DNA of 64,000 nucleotides from contig CAYOAM010000002.1 of NCBI GenBank assembly GCA_964402035.1, forward strand, positions 27,280-91,279, read 5' to 3'. The translations under genes were made by a program, and so were the position numbers. Shown here one piece after another: positions 20,901 to 31,875 of the stretch. The notes under the pieces are model-generated. The model did no database searches. It had not been told where the DNA came from and worked only from the letters and a program-made list of their open reading frames with translations. Origin of the DNA: an uncultured Candidatus Saccharibacteria bacterium (lineage in GTDB: Bacteria; Patescibacteriota; Minisyncoccia; Phycocordibacterales; UBA918). Each line of letters begins with the position of its first letter. Position 1 is the first letter of the stretch.

Positions 20901-21000
20901 CCACGGCCCTTTTCTGCTCAGTATTGAGCTTCCCATAAGCAGCCTCAAAAACCCCATTCTGGAGCTCCTTTTGGCCCGTTTTAGAGGCTTTCTCAACCAT
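17977..21000 (-). CDS. UvrD/PcrA-like SF1 helicase with C-terminal PD-(D/E)XK nuclease
   Basis: AGPGTGKT, DEHQD, VGDEKQAIYRFQGA, NYRS, HKSKGMEF, YVAMTRA; GEFDRIE..VVDFKTG..QLVFY. Confidence 0.92.
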   Translation of the reverse strand: MVEKASKTGQKELQNGVFEAAYGKLNTEQKRAVDAIEGPVMIIAGPGTGKTQVLALRIANILRTTDTAPSSILALTFTESGVASMRARLVSLIGARGYEVRIHTFHGFCNTIISRYPERFARIVGAVPLIEIDALRHIETILDNGLYELLRPAGYPYLYVRDIKGALSDVKRENISPDDLGTRIVREREAIMSSDDLYHARGAHAGKMKGHYVDALKKLDKAEEFAAVYRAYELILSETHTYDFEDTILEAVRAMEKDDELKLLLQEEHQYVLADEHQDANGAQNRLLELLSDFHESPNLFIVGDEKQAIYRFQGASLANFLFFKEHYPSALCIELANNYRSTQVILDAAHDVIAPAAGHALVARPRLTAHAGHTHLPVQLSIFQEQDEELASLAEKVAAHVAAGVPAHEIAILCRRNSDAEQVASVLKMRGVPTALLNDAQILDIPLMRSLMALLRAVASFGSDVDLYPLLYAPFLKLDNLDIFRLTERKEISLFEMMKSEKLLHEHGIEHSAGVHAVFLILDDIAQFEKSTSLSNTVHYALERAHVLAYCMERDDRYVLLEYVRAFIRYVESLEAAHPTYRLADLMRSLDTAQSYGMSIMTTTKAALGTVRIFTVHKSKGMEFDHVYIPFMHEGRWGSSASRTKIRLPLYSETDAGDLDDERRLLYVAMTRARKSLTLSYAKQNTDGKELTPSRFLSDINADHIEEQELQVTAKDVLVPRTMLPSSAGALDRAYLVERFIAQGLSVSALNNYLESPWRYFFQNLLRIPTPKENHLFYGTAIDGAMKWLTKEEAITGMVSEEQLLSEFERLLARAPFSKADKAAYIKKGAASLTGYLKTYPLVGVRPVEAGVSVKVLFEIGVSGASPIQLRGEFDRIEHVRDGLVRVVDFKTGAPKSRNDIEGATKSSNGNYKRQLVFYALLASLDMTRGWRIEEGVIDFIEPDKKGNYHREVFTITHEEIKELEATIRRVICEIMSLSFFDTPCDASVWSEEGCALVAALKSKTR

Positions 21001-21111
21001 AGCTAATATTATACATCATCCTCCGAAAGTACTTGACAAGATGTATACTAGTGTGCTTTAATCAGCTGAGTTAATGTAAAGACCCACCACTCCATCTCAA
21101 GGATGCACACC

Positions 21112-21354
21112 ATGAAAATTTCTGCGGAACTTTTCTTCGAGAAATTTGGGAACAAGATTGCCTACTACAAAGTCGGCACAGGGTCCCATATTATTCCAAC
21201 AATCGAAAGGGCGATTGGCGAGGCTCTCAGACTCGGGAGCACGGTGCAGGTCCGCCACAGCGAAGTGACAATTGTGGTCAACCCGAAATCGAGTTTCACT
21301 CCGATCTATGAATCGTGGGGAGTGGCAAATCCCGGCGACGTTGTCGGCCCCTGA
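21112..21354 (+). CDS. Small orphan protein
   Basis: 80 aa, upstream TTGACA, AAGGA SD, hairpin CCCCACAAGA/TCTTGTGGGG plus T-run after the stop. Confidence 0.6.
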   Translation: MKISAELFFEKFGNKIAYYKVGTGSHIIPTIERAIGEALRLGSTVQVRHSEVTIVVNPKSSFTPIYESWGVANPGDVVGP

Positions 21355-21441
21355 TCCCCACAAGAAAAGTCCCCCCAAGGGACCTACACTCTTGTGGGGC
21401 TTTTCTTTTGCTTATCAAAACGTCACAGACTGAATTAGAGT

Positions 21442-21596
21442 GAAATGCAATGGTGTAAGAGAGACATTGCACAGCCGCGCGCAGCATGGTGCCTGCCGTC
21501 TTTTGTCGCGAAGCGACTACGGCAGGACCGCGCGGCGAGCATAGTACAATGCACGCAGGTGCATTGATACGCGTCTCTGTCATACTATTGCATTTC
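21442..21596. repeat. 155-nt multi-stem structured element, copy 1
   Basis: Core GGTGCCTGCCGTC..GCGACTACGGCAGG shared with 39763-39917; imperfect terminal inverted repeats. Confidence 0.7.
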
Positions 21597-21605
21597 CTAA
21601 AAAAA

Positions 21606-22880
21606 TTAGTACGACTTCAGCCTTCTTGCCTTATCGTGCAAACGAATCTTCTCTAAAGCTTTGGCTTCGATTTGGCGAATACGTTCACGAGTCACGCCAA
21701 ACTCCTTCCCCACTTCTTCGAGCGTATGGTACGTACCATCAAGAAGACCATGACGCATCTCGAGGATTTTGCGCTCCTTTTCTGAAAGTGTCTCCAAAAT
21801 CTCTTTTACCTGATCTGCGAGGATGCGGTGTGCGACTTCCTGATCCGGAAGCAATATTTTATCATCAGAGATAAAATCAGAAAGCCGTGAACGATCGTCA
21901 TCATCTCCAATAGGTGTTTCAAGTGAAATAGTATCCTGGCTGATTTTCTCAATCTGGTACACCTTCTCTACTTCAATACCCATCTCCGTTGCAATCTCTT
22001 CGGGCATCGGATCACGGCCCAAATCCTGCGACAGACGGCGCGAGACTTGCTTGTACTTTGCCATGGTCTCGACCATGTGTACCGGAATACGGATCGTGCG
22101 CGACTGGTCGGCGAGCGCTCGAGTGATAGCCTGACGAATCCACCACGTCGCGTAGGTAGAAAACTTGAAGCCTTTTGTAAAATCGAATTTATCGACAGCT
22201 TTAAAGAGACCCAAATTTCCTTCTTGGATAAGATCAAGAAGCGTAAGGTCGGGACTTCGTCCGACATACTTTTTTGCAATAGAAACCACCAAGCGGAGGT
22301 TGGCACGCGCCAAGAGATTGCGCGCTTCGGTATCGCCATCGACAATACGTTTTGCAAGATCTCGCTCTTCAGCACCAGAAAGAAGTGGATACTGACCAAT
22401 CTCACGCAGATACATCTGAATAGAATCATACCCGCTTTCACTTCGGCGATAGATGTTGCGCTTGTCCAACAGCCCATCAGAGATCTCATTTCCCAACATA
22501 CCGCCGCTTTCAAGGACATCGATACCCGCAACTGCAAGTCGTTCATAGAGAGACTCCAAAAGCTCTACATTGTTTTCTACCGTCGGAAACGATTTCAAAA
22601 TTTCATCGTAGGTTACGTATCCCTTCTCGCGCGCTTTTGCGATGAGTGAATTTGCCTTGACTTCATTTTGCTTCCCCACCTTGGTCTCAACACCCTTTTT
22701 CACCGGAGCCGCTTTTTTGGGAGCCGCCTTGCGTGCAGGAGCCTTTTTTGCAGACGCACGAGCAGGCGCCGACTTCTTTTTAGGCACCACTTTCTTTAGC
22801 ACCTTTTTAGGTGCTTTCCGCGCAGGTTTCTTTTTTTGTGGAGCAGGCACTTTCTTCTTTTTTATTGTTTTTTTGGCCAT
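21606..22880 (-). CDS. rpoD: RNA polymerase primary sigma factor
   Basis: [50 protein letters not shown]; K/A/P-rich N-terminal tail. Confidence 0.97.
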   Translation of the reverse strand: MAKKTIKKKKVPAPQKKKPARKAPKKVLKKVVPKKKSAPARASAKKAPARKAAPKKAAPVKKGVETKVGKQNEVKANSLIAKAREKGYVTYDEILKSFPTVENNVELLESLYERLAVAGIDVLESGGMLGNEISDGLLDKRNIYRRSESGYDSIQMYLREIGQYPLLSGAEERDLAKRIVDGDTEARNLLARANLRLVVSIAKKYVGRSPDLTLLDLIQEGNLGLFKAVDKFDFTKGFKFSTYATWWIRQAITRALADQSRTIRIPVHMVETMAKYKQVSRRLSQDLGRDPMPEEIATEMGIEVEKVYQIEKISQDTISLETPIGDDDDRSRLSDFISDDKILLPDQEVAHRILADQVKEILETLSEKERKILEMRHGLLDGTYHTLEEVGKEFGVTRERIRQIEAKALEKIRLHDKARRLKSY

Positions 22881-22887
22881 ATACTCA

Positions 22888-24636
22888 TTATAAATTTTGT
22901 AAAAATGGATTCTGCGCGGACACTTTTTTTAATGTTTCATTGATATCGTTGCATGCGGCAAGTGCTTTTGTGCGGGCTTCTGTATCCTGTGATATTTCGG
23001 CTTCCTTGAGGGTGATTCTCGCAAGGGTGAGGCGTCTCCGGAGCTCTGCCTGGTATAACTCGTAGAGCATTTGGGAACTCTCAGCTTCCAAATCTTCGCC
23101 CCCAGTATACATCGTCTCGACCTTAAAGATAGCCTCATTTTGCCGTTCGAGGGACCAATCGTGGAGCGACTGCATGCTCCCAGGGCCAAGTGCAATTTCG
23201 AGATTTGTACGCAAGCGCTCGACGTTGATCCGTGGCGATGGATCGTGCGCTTGCCACAGCAGCATGCCATAGAGATGCGCAATCAGGTCCTCTTCGCGCT
23301 TCATCACTCGTGGAGCAACTGGTTCCGAGGTGACCGCCTTATCCTTTGAGAGATTGCTCTCTCGTGTGCTTGCTTCTTGAAGCCGAGCGACTTCGTATAT
23401 GATTGCATCTTTGGTCAGGTTAAGCTCTTTGGCGACAACTTCCTCAAAGTGTTCCTGGTCAATCTTGTTCGGCATTAAGACGATAAACGGCAGTACTTCT
23501 TCTTGTACCCGTAGTCGGTATGCTCGTTCATCCTTGCTATTAGTACGTAGGACTGCGAGCAAAAATTCGATCACGTGCGTTGCAGCTCCAACCGATTGTT
23601 TCAAGAGTTTTGGATCTTCACGTACGAGATCTGCAGGATCTTTACCACCCAAAATGCGCGCCACTTTGACGTCCATACCACGTTTAAGCATCACCGTTGC
23701 GCAACGCTTTACGGAGGCGATTCCAGCGGTATCGGCATCGAGCGCTAAGACTACTTTATTTGAAAGTCGTTGTAGTAGCTCGACATGCGCAAGTGACAAT
23801 GCCGTCCCTGAAAGGGCTACCGTATTGGTGTAGCCTGCTTGATGCGAAAGAACAAGATCGAACTGCCCTTCAACAACGAGCGAAAAATCGAACGTACGGA
23901 TGCCATGCTTTGCTTCACTGAAGCCAAACAGTACATGCGATTTTACAAAGAGTTCGGTTTCCGGCGAATTGACGTACTTGGGTGTTGCGGGGTCGCTCCC
24001 CAATGCGCGCCCCGAGAAACCAACGACGCGACCTGCAGTATCTGCTATCGGGAACATGACGCGGTTACGAAATACATCGTACCCATTCTCTGCAGATTCC
24101 TGTTTTTTAAGGAGACCAGAATTGTACAATTCAGCGTCGGTGTACCCCTTTTTCTTGAGGTAATCTTTGAGATTGCGCCATCCCTCCTTTGCGTGCCCAA
24201 TGCGCCACTTTTTGATGGTCTCGAGTCGTAACCCACGGCTTGTGAGGTACTCGATCACGGTTGGTGCCTCCGTCAATGCTGCTGCATAATGAGCAGCAGC
24301 ATCTTCGACGAGTGCAAACAGTCGTTCGCGAATGTCTTTGGTCTTTGGATCAACAGGGACAAGCTCGACACCTGCACGCTCCGCCAATACTTTGAGCGCA
24401 CCCTTAAAATCGACACCTTCCATCTCTTGGATAAAAGTGAACATATCACCACCTTTTCCAGAAGAAAAGCAGTAGTACATTCCACGATCAGGCGAGACAA
24501 AAAACGATGGTGTTCGCTCGTTTGTGAACGGTGACTTTCCTTTATAGTGTTTGCCAACGAGCTTCAACGCCACATACGAACCCACCACATCGACAATCGA
24601 CAGACGTTGTTTAATTTGTTCTATAGGTGTTGCCAT
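22888..24636 (-). CDS. dnaG: DNA primase
   Basis: [43 protein letters not shown]. Confidence 0.96.
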   Translation of the reverse strand: MATPIEQIKQRLSIVDVVGSYVALKLVGKHYKGKSPFTNERTPSFFVSPDRGMYYCFSSGKGGDMFTFIQEMEGVDFKGALKVLAERAGVELVPVDPKTKDIRERLFALVEDAAAHYAAALTEAPTVIEYLTSRGLRLETIKKWRIGHAKEGWRNLKDYLKKKGYTDAELYNSGLLKKQESAENGYDVFRNRVMFPIADTAGRVVGFSGRALGSDPATPKYVNSPETELFVKSHVLFGFSEAKHGIRTFDFSLVVEGQFDLVLSHQAGYTNTVALSGTALSLAHVELLQRLSNKVVLALDADTAGIASVKRCATVMLKRGMDVKVARILGGKDPADLVREDPKLLKQSVGAATHVIEFLLAVLRTNSKDERAYRLRVQEEVLPFIVLMPNKIDQEHFEEVVAKELNLTKDAIIYEVARLQEASTRESNLSKDKAVTSEPVAPRVMKREEDLIAHLYGMLLWQAHDPSPRINVERLRTNLEIALGPGSMQSLHDWSLERQNEAIFKVETMYTGGEDLEAESSQMLYELYQAELRRRLTLARITLKEAEISQDTEARTKALAACNDINETLKKVSAQNPFLQNL

Positions 24637-24666
24637 ACTTTTTCGGCAACCATCGATGAGATAATC

Positions 24667-27600
24667 CTACGCAGGATTCTCATCAGTATTGCCAACCGAC
24701 TCAATCATCGTATGCTTCTGACTTCCAGGGAACCCTGTTCCTGCAGGGATCAAACGTCCGATGATGACGTTTTCCTTGAGACCGGTGAGCGTATCCTGAC
24801 TGCCACGAACTGCAGCATTGATCAAAATACGGGTCGTGTTTTGGAATGATGCTGCTGAAAGGAAGCTCTTTCGTGAGAGCGAAACTTCCGTAATACCCAT
24901 GATGAGTTTATCAGCACGCGCAAGTTCTTTGCCGGCATCTTTAAGGGCTGCGTTTCGTTCTGCGAGAATCCACTCCTCGACAACATCTCCCACCGTAAAG
25001 GTACTATCTCCAGTATGCGTGATTTTTGCGCGTGAGAGCATCTGCTTCACGATAAGTTCGATATGCTTTCGTGCAATCGTCACACCCTGGAGTTCATAGA
25101 TCTTGCTGGTTTCCGTGATGACATATTCCTGTACCGCTTCTTCCCCACCGTATTTGAAGATTTCTGGAAGTTCAGCAGAACCATCGGTCAAGAGCTGACC
25201 TTGTTTTACTGATTCACCCACCGATACCAAGACCGTACGACGATAGTGTACTGCGTATTCAAGACTGTCTTTTTTCTTTGATGCAGTTTTTGTTCCTGCC
25301 TCTGGTACGATCACAATAATCTTCTCACGACCCTCAGTTCTAATTTCGACAACCATACCATCGGTGTGTGAGACGCTCGCGGGGATCTTTGGTGTTCGCT
25401 TTTCAAACACTTCTTCCACGCGTGGCAAACCTTGCGTCACGTCTCCACCAACAGACGCGGCACCTCCGGCATGTTTCGTATTCATCGTGAGCTGTGTTCC
25501 CGGCTCACCAATAGCTTGTGCAGCAACCGTTCCCACTGCTTCACCGAGGTCAACAAGCTTGTTCGTGGTGAGATCAATACCATAGCACTGCTGACAAACA
25601 CCACGGAGTGTCTCACACGTCATTGGAGAACGCACTACCAGTGAATCCACATCTGATTTTTCAATCGTCATAGCGTCTGCGCGTGAGAAAAGATGCCCTT
25701 TTTTGAAGAGTACTGCTCCTTTCTTATCGACTACATCTTGCGCAACAATACGTCCACGCACCGCCTTTGAGAACGCGATCGCAATACCCGAAGCGCTCAC
25801 ACGATTAATGGTAATACCACGCTTCGTCTTGCAATCAAGCTCAGTGATGATCGCATCTTGCGCAACATCAAAGAGTCGACGGGTAAGGTAACCAGCTTTC
25901 GCAGTTTGTAGAGCGGTGTCGGCCAGACCTTTTCGAGAACCGTGCGTCGTGATGAAATACTCAATCGGGGTCATACCCTCCTTCATTGATGAAATGACAG
26001 GGAATTCAAGCGTCTCTCCACGGGTGTTGACGATAAGACCTTTCATACCGGCCATCTGTGCGATTTGTCCGAGGCTTCCTCGAGCACCTGACTGCCACAT
26101 GTCGTACACTGAACCGCCCTTATCAAGTGTTGCAGGAATCACTTTTTCAAGTTCTGTTTTCGCGCGGTGCCAAATCTCCACAATAAAGCGTCGGCGCTCA
26201 TCGCGAGAAAGGAGTCCTTCACCATACTGCTCCATAATTTTTCGAGCCGATGCACGTCCAGCTTCAATAATGTCACCTTTTTCCTTTGGGACTTTCACAT
26301 CATCAATTCCCCACGTAACTCCCGACTGTGTGGCATACGTAAATCCATGCTTCTTGATCTTGTCGACAATAGCAGGCACCGCATCGGTTCCTTCGCGATC
26401 AATAACATCGACAACAATGTTGAAGAGTGTACGCTGTGTCACCACATCGTTAATGAAAGCAAAGTCAGACGGCAAGACAGAGTTAAAGAGCAGTCGGCCA
26501 ACCGTCGTCTCAAACACTTTCCCTTCAAAGATACGGTACTTTGCGGTATCGGTCGCCATCACTTTGATCTTTGCGCGGAAATCAATAGCGCCAAAGTCAT
26601 ACGCTGTAATAGCAGCATTTGGTGATGGGAAATAGTTTCCTTCACCCTTTTCATTTTCTACCATCTTGGTCATCCAATAGCATCCGAGTGCCATGTCAAG
26701 AAGTTTTTCAGATACGACTGGCTCACCACTACCAGGCTTTAGGATATTTTTGTTTGCAGAAATGATCTCACGCGCTTCCATCTGTGCTTCGGGAGTGAGT
26801 GGTACGTGTACGGCCATTTGGTCTCCGTCGAAGTCGGCGTTGAAGGCACGACACACAAGTGGATGCACCTGGATAGCATTGCCTTCAATCAAGACCGGGC
26901 GAAATGCCTGGATACCTTGTCGGTGCAACGTCGGAGCGCGGTTCAAGAGTACGTGCTTGTCCTTAATAATATTTTCAAGAATTGCCCACACTTCAGGAAC
27001 ACCGTCTTCAATCAGACGACCTGCTCCACGAATATTGTATGCAAGCTCCTGTCGCAAGAGTTCAGAAATAACAAACGGACGGAAGAGCTCAAGCGCCATG
27101 TGTTTTGGAAGGCCACATTGATCGAGCTTGAGTTCAGGACCAATAACGATCACCGAGCGACCAGAATAATCAACACGCTTTCCCAAAAGGTTTTGACGGA
27201 AGTACCCCTGCTTTCCCTTGAGGTAATCTGAAAGAGATTTCAAAGGTCGGCGCTGTGCCTGGCTCATCACTGAGTATGCAGTGTTGCCGTGACGGATCGA
27301 GTTGTCGATAAGCGCGTCAACCGCTTCCTGCAAAATACGCTTCTCGTTGCGGAGAATAACGTCTGGTGCATGAATATCGATCAACTTCTTGAGACGATTG
27401 TTGCGGTTAATCACGCGACGATAAAGGTCATTGAGATCAGACGAAGCATGACGACCACCTTCAAGGGCAACCATCGGACGAAGCGCCGGTGGGATGACAG
27501 GAATACGTGTGAGGAACATCCACTCAGGACGTACTTGCGCCGAGATCATACCCTTGGTAAGCGAAAGTCGTTTGTCGAGTTTTGCGCGCTCAGCTGCGCC

Positions 27601-28323
27601 TGCAGTCTCACGTTCTTTCTCAAGACGGGTCAAAAGCGCCGCCATATCAAGCTGCTTGAAGAGTGCAAAGATAGACTCAGCACCAATCTGTGCCTCAAAG
27701 AGTGTACTGAACTTTACCGAGAACTTGTGATAGTGCATTTCATCGAGCACGGTACCTACCTTGATGCGTTCAATATCGTGTTTGGTTTCATCAAGACGCT
27801 CACGAAGTTCTTCGCGTGCTTTTTCGGTTGCTAGATCCTTGAGTTTTGATTTGTACTCTGCATCAAGTTCTTTGAGTAATCGCGTACGTACTTCTTCACT
27901 GACTTTTGTGACAATGTATCCGGCAAAGTACACAACCTTTTCAATATCTGCAGCAGAAATACCGAGAATGAGCGCAATGCGGCTTGGTACTCCACGCAAG
28001 AACCAAATGTGTGACACGGGCACACAGAGTTCAATATGTCCCATGCGCTCACGACGTACGATTGCGCGTGTTACTTCAACACCACATTTTTCACAGACGA
28101 TACCCTTGTAGCGAATTCCGCGATACTTTTTACACGCACATTCATAGTCCTCAACCGGTCCAAAAATTCGTTCATCAAAGAGACCGTGCTTTTCAGGGCG
28201 CTGGGTACGATAGTTGATCGTCTCGGGCTTCGTAATCTCACCATATGACCATTCGAGAATCTTTTCGGGACTCGCGAGCTTGATGTTTATGAGATCGAAA
28301 TTGTGTGGCGTTCGATTTTTCAT
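24667..28323 (-). CDS. rpoC: RNA polymerase beta' subunit
   Basis: NADFDGDQMAVH, GKRVDYSGRSV, QAIGEPGTQLT. Confidence 0.99.
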   Translation of the reverse strand: MKNRTPHNFDLINIKLASPEKILEWSYGEITKPETINYRTQRPEKHGLFDERIFGPVEDYECACKKYRGIRYKGIVCEKCGVEVTRAIVRRERMGHIELCVPVSHIWFLRGVPSRIALILGISAADIEKVVYFAGYIVTKVSEEVRTRLLKELDAEYKSKLKDLATEKAREELRERLDETKHDIERIKVGTVLDEMHYHKFSVKFSTLFEAQIGAESIFALFKQLDMAALLTRLEKERETAGAAERAKLDKRLSLTKGMISAQVRPEWMFLTRIPVIPPALRPMVALEGGRHASSDLNDLYRRVINRNNRLKKLIDIHAPDVILRNEKRILQEAVDALIDNSIRHGNTAYSVMSQAQRRPLKSLSDYLKGKQGYFRQNLLGKRVDYSGRSVIVIGPELKLDQCGLPKHMALELFRPFVISELLRQELAYNIRGAGRLIEDGVPEVWAILENIIKDKHVLLNRAPTLHRQGIQAFRPVLIEGNAIQVHPLVCRAFNADFDGDQMAVHVPLTPEAQMEAREIISANKNILKPGSGEPVVSEKLLDMALGCYWMTKMVENEKGEGNYFPSPNAAITAYDFGAIDFRAKIKVMATDTAKYRIFEGKVFETTVGRLLFNSVLPSDFAFINDVVTQRTLFNIVVDVIDREGTDAVPAIVDKIKKHGFTYATQSGVTWGIDDVKVPKEKGDIIEAGRASARKIMEQYGEGLLSRDERRRFIVEIWHRAKTELEKVIPATLDKGGSVYDMWQSGARGSLGQIAQMAGMKGLIVNTRGETLEFPVISSMKEGMTPIEYFITTHGSRKGLADTALQTAKAGYLTRRLFDVAQDAIITELDCKTKRGITINRVSASGIAIAFSKAVRGRIVAQDVVDKKGAVLFKKGHLFSRADAMTIEKSDVDSLVVRSPMTCETLRGVCQQCYGIDLTTNKLVDLGEAVGTVAAQAIGEPGTQLTMNTKHAGGAASVGGDVTQGLPRVEEVFEKRTPKIPASVSHTDGMVVEIRTEGREKIIVIVPEAGTKTASKKKDSLEYAVHYRRTVLVSVGESVKQGQLLTDGSAELPEIFKYGGEEAVQEYVITETSKIYELQGVTIARKHIELIVKQMLSRAKITHTGDSTFTVGDVVEEWILAERNAALKDAGKELARADKLIMGITEVSLSRKSFLSAASFQNTTRILINAAVRGSQDTLTGLKENVIIGRLIPAGTGFPGSQKHTMIESVGNTDENPA

Positions 28324-28344
28324 AGTAGTTAGATGATGAGATTA

Positions 28345-31300
28345 TTAATGACTATCCTCGCGACGCTTGAGGTCTACATCAAGGACAAGACCACGAAGCT
28401 GATTGACAAGAACGTTGAACGAGGCCGGTGTGTGTGGTGGATTGATACGTTCACCGCGGACAATAGAATCAAAGGCGGCTGAACGACCAACAATGTCGTC
28501 TGACTTAATGGTGAGCATTTCACGAAGTGTGTGAGCGGCTCCATAACCCAAGAGCGCCCAGACTTCCATTTCTCCAAAACGCTGACCTCCAACCTGTGCC
28601 TTTCCTCCAAGCGGCTGCTGAGTGATGAGCGAGTAGGGCCCAATTGATCGCATGTGGATTTTGTCCTCCACCATGTGATGCAGCTTCAAGATGTACATGT
28701 ATCCCACTGCGATTTTCTGTCCAAATCCTTCACCAGTGCGTCCATCACGGAGCGATAGTTTTCCATCCTCTGGAAGTCCTGCAAGCTTAAGTTCCGCCTT
28801 AATCTCTTCTTCAGTTGCTCCAGCAAATGGCGGCACAATAGCCTGATAGCCCAATGTGTGTGCAGCCATACCAAGATGGAGTTCCAAAATCTGTCCGAGG
28901 TTCATACGGCTAGGCACACCAAGTGGTGTAAGAATCACGTCAATAGGACGACCATCTTCGGTGTATGGCATGTCTTCTTCTGGAAGAATGCGGGAGATAA
29001 CACCTTTGTTTCCGTGACGTCCTGCAAGCTTATCTCCCACCGAGACGTTGCGGACCTGTGCAATCGTAATACTAATCTTTTTAATAACACCGCTTTCGAG
29101 TTGATCTCCCTGTTCACGCGAAAATACCTTGACGCCAATAATGCGTCCACGCTTTCCTGCTTCTAGACGGAGTGAAGTATCTTTTACGTCCTTCGCTTTC
29201 TCTCCAAAGATCGAACGGAGGAGTCGCTCTTCAGGAGTCAATTGTGTCTCACCTTTTGGCGTCACCTTTCCAACTAAAATATCGCCGGGACGTACTTCAG
29301 CACCAATGCGGATGATACCCTGCTCATCGAGGTTGCGGAGTTTGAGCTCACTGACGTTTGGAATATCGGGAGTCGTGACCTCGGGACCAAGTTTTGTGTC
29401 ACGAACCGATACTTCAAGCTCATCCATGTGGATGGTTGAAAACTTGCTGTCTTTTACGAGTCGTTCAGAAATAATAATAGCGTCTTCATAGTTTGCTCCA
29501 CTCCAGCTCATAAAGGCGACAAGCGCATTTTGTCCCAAAGCCATCTGTCCGTCGGCAGTTGACGAAGTATTTGCAAGTACATCACCGCGCTTCACGGTAG
29601 CGCCGAGTGATACTGCAGGGCGATGATAAAACGCAGAAAAGTCGTTTGTGCGCTGGAAGGTGATCAGCGGGTATTCTTTTTTCTTTCCCTCTTTATTTTT
29701 GACAACGATATGACGTGCATCAACCTCCACCACTTCTCCTGCTTCATCAGCAACAATCAGTCGTCCAGTGTCGCGTGCTGAAAGCTCTTCAATACCGGTC
29801 GCAACAAGCGGCACCTCCTGCACGATGCACGGAGTAGCCTGTTTCTGCATGTTACTACCCATGAGTGCGCGGTTTGCATCGTCATGGTTTAGAAACGGAA
29901 TCATGGATGTCGCAACCGAAAACGCTTGGTTCGTGGCAATGTCCATAAAGTCCACCGCATCGCGTGGTACCACGAGTGGATCACCGGCCTTTCGCACTTC
30001 GACGAAATCCTGCATGATTTTCCCCTCTGCACTCATCTCGGTTGCTGCGTGAGCGATGTTGTATTTTTCTTCTTCGTGGGCATTGAAATAGATAATCTCA
30101 TCGGTAAGTACACCCTTCTTTACCTTTACGTATGGGGTCTCGATAATACCAAAGTGGTTTACGCGAGCATACATAGCGAGACGAAGAATAAGTCCGATGT
30201 TTGGTCCTTCAGGCGTATGGATCGGACAGAGTCGTCCGTAGTGACTTGGGTGCACATCGCGCACTTCAAAACCTGCGCGTTCTCGTGTGAGTCCACCGGG
30301 TCCAAGCGCTGAAAGCGTACGCAAACCTTCGAGTTCTGCAAGCACGTTTTGCTGCTGCATAAACTGTGAGAGCTGGTTCGTGGTGAAAAACTCTTTAATG
30401 ATCGCTTGGAGCGGTCGTGGGTTAATGAGCTGCATTGGAAGACTCGTCTCCGACTCAATGGTCGACATACGATCTTGAATATTGCGCTTCATGCGGGTCA
30501 ATCCCACACGAACACGCTGCTGGAGCATTTCTCCAAAGTAACGCACGCGACGGAAACCAAGGTGGTCAATGTCGTCAGGAAGTGCGCCGGGTGTGTGATT
30601 TTGTTCAATAATGTGGCTGATGATTGTCACCAAATCCTCAAGTGTCACCACCTTGCGTGCAATATCCTTTGCGCCTGTCGCGCGGTTAAATCGCTCATTG
30701 AAGTGATGACGACCAATCTCGGAGAGGTCATAGCGTCCTTCACTGAAAATTGAGTTTACAAACTCACGAGCATTTTCAACGGTCGCCAAATCGCCATCGC
30801 GAAGTCGCTTGTATATTTCAATATATGATTCGTTGAGGTCCTTTGCGGGATCTTTTTCAATAGTGAGCTTCATCGTGTCTTTGCCATGCGGTACTTTCTC
30901 AAATAGTGAGAGGATATCCTTGTCGAACTTAGCACCCATGACACGCAAAAGAGATGACGCAGGGAATTTGCGCTTTCGGTCGATTTTGACGTAGATAACG
31001 CCGTCTGATTCAGATTCAATTTCAACCCACGCACCTCGTGCAGGGATGATCTTTGCACCAAAATATACCTTTCCTTTTGATTCAGCAGTCGTAAAGAAAA
31101 TACCGTATGAACGCGCAAGCTGAGGGACAATCACGCGCTCAACACCATTGATGATGAAGGTACCGTGATCGGTCATAACCGGAAGGTCGGTGAGGAAGAT
31201 CTCTTGCTCCTTCTCTCCACCGATGATTTTGTTCTTGAGAGAAACGGTAGCGCGGAGTGGTGCGTCGTAGGTCAATTTGTTTTCCTTAGCAAACTCAGGC

Positions 31301-31533
31301 TGCACCTTTGGCTTACCCAATTCGTACTTCTTGATATGCAATTCAAACTTCTTCTCTGAATAGTCAGAGATCGGAGAAAACTCCTTAAACACTTCCTTGA
31401 TACCTTCCTCGACAAGCCACGTAAACGAATGTCGCTGGGGTTCAATCAAATCAGGCAAGGGTACGAGTGCCTTGCGATATTTCTTGAATTGCTTCTTCGG
31501 TAACGATGCCTCCACACCGTGCGCTTTTGACAT
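28345..31533 (-). CDS. rpoB: RNA polymerase beta subunit
   Basis: GDKLAGRHGNKG, SRMNLGQ, GGQRFGEME; compact 1062 aa. Confidence 0.99.
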   Translation of the reverse strand: MSKAHGVEASLPKKQFKKYRKALVPLPDLIEPQRHSFTWLVEEGIKEVFKEFSPISDYSEKKFELHIKKYELGKPKVQPEFAKENKLTYDAPLRATVSLKNKIIGGEKEQEIFLTDLPVMTDHGTFIINGVERVIVPQLARSYGIFFTTAESKGKVYFGAKIIPARGAWVEIESESDGVIYVKIDRKRKFPASSLLRVMGAKFDKDILSLFEKVPHGKDTMKLTIEKDPAKDLNESYIEIYKRLRDGDLATVENAREFVNSIFSEGRYDLSEIGRHHFNERFNRATGAKDIARKVVTLEDLVTIISHIIEQNHTPGALPDDIDHLGFRRVRYFGEMLQQRVRVGLTRMKRNIQDRMSTIESETSLPMQLINPRPLQAIIKEFFTTNQLSQFMQQQNVLAELEGLRTLSALGPGGLTRERAGFEVRDVHPSHYGRLCPIHTPEGPNIGLILRLAMYARVNHFGIIETPYVKVKKGVLTDEIIYFNAHEEEKYNIAHAATEMSAEGKIMQDFVEVRKAGDPLVVPRDAVDFMDIATNQAFSVATSMIPFLNHDDANRALMGSNMQKQATPCIVQEVPLVATGIEELSARDTGRLIVADEAGEVVEVDARHIVVKNKEGKKKEYPLITFQRTNDFSAFYHRPAVSLGATVKRGDVLANTSSTADGQMALGQNALVAFMSWSGANYEDAIIISERLVKDSKFSTIHMDELEVSVRDTKLGPEVTTPDIPNVSELKLRNLDEQGIIRIGAEVRPGDILVGKVTPKGETQLTPEERLLRSIFGEKAKDVKDTSLRLEAGKRGRIIGVKVFSREQGDQLESGVIKKISITIAQVRNVSVGDKLAGRHGNKGVISRILPEEDMPYTEDGRPIDVILTPLGVPSRMNLGQILELHLGMAAHTLGYQAIVPPFAGATEEEIKAELKLAGLPEDGKLSLRDGRTGEGFGQKIAVGYMYILKLHHMVEDKIHMRSIGPYSLITQQPLGGKAQVGGQRFGEMEVWALLGYGAAHTLREMLTIKSDDIVGRSAAFDSIVRGERINPPHTPASFNVLVNQLRGLVLDVDLKRREDSH

Positions 31534-31875
31534 AGGGCAAATCGATTATTGACAATAGGCGCCTGGGGATAAACATGAGCACGAAAAAACCCTCGCGTGC
31601 GCGAGTATAACCCCAAAACTGCCCTATTGAGCTTGTAAATACGACACTATAGAAATGTTACTACTCCGCAGTATGAAAATCAGTCAGTCAAAACACAATC
31701 AGTGCAGTCATTTGCGTCTCCACATACTACCAGAACCCCCATTTTCCGTCAACAAAACAGACTCACATCTGTGGAGAGGAGAATTTGGGCACAATAATAG
31801 CCGCAAAGTGTACCCTTTGCGGCCTTGCCCAGAGGCTGCGCTTAGTGCGCAGCCTCTGGGCCCTGATTTCTCTTG

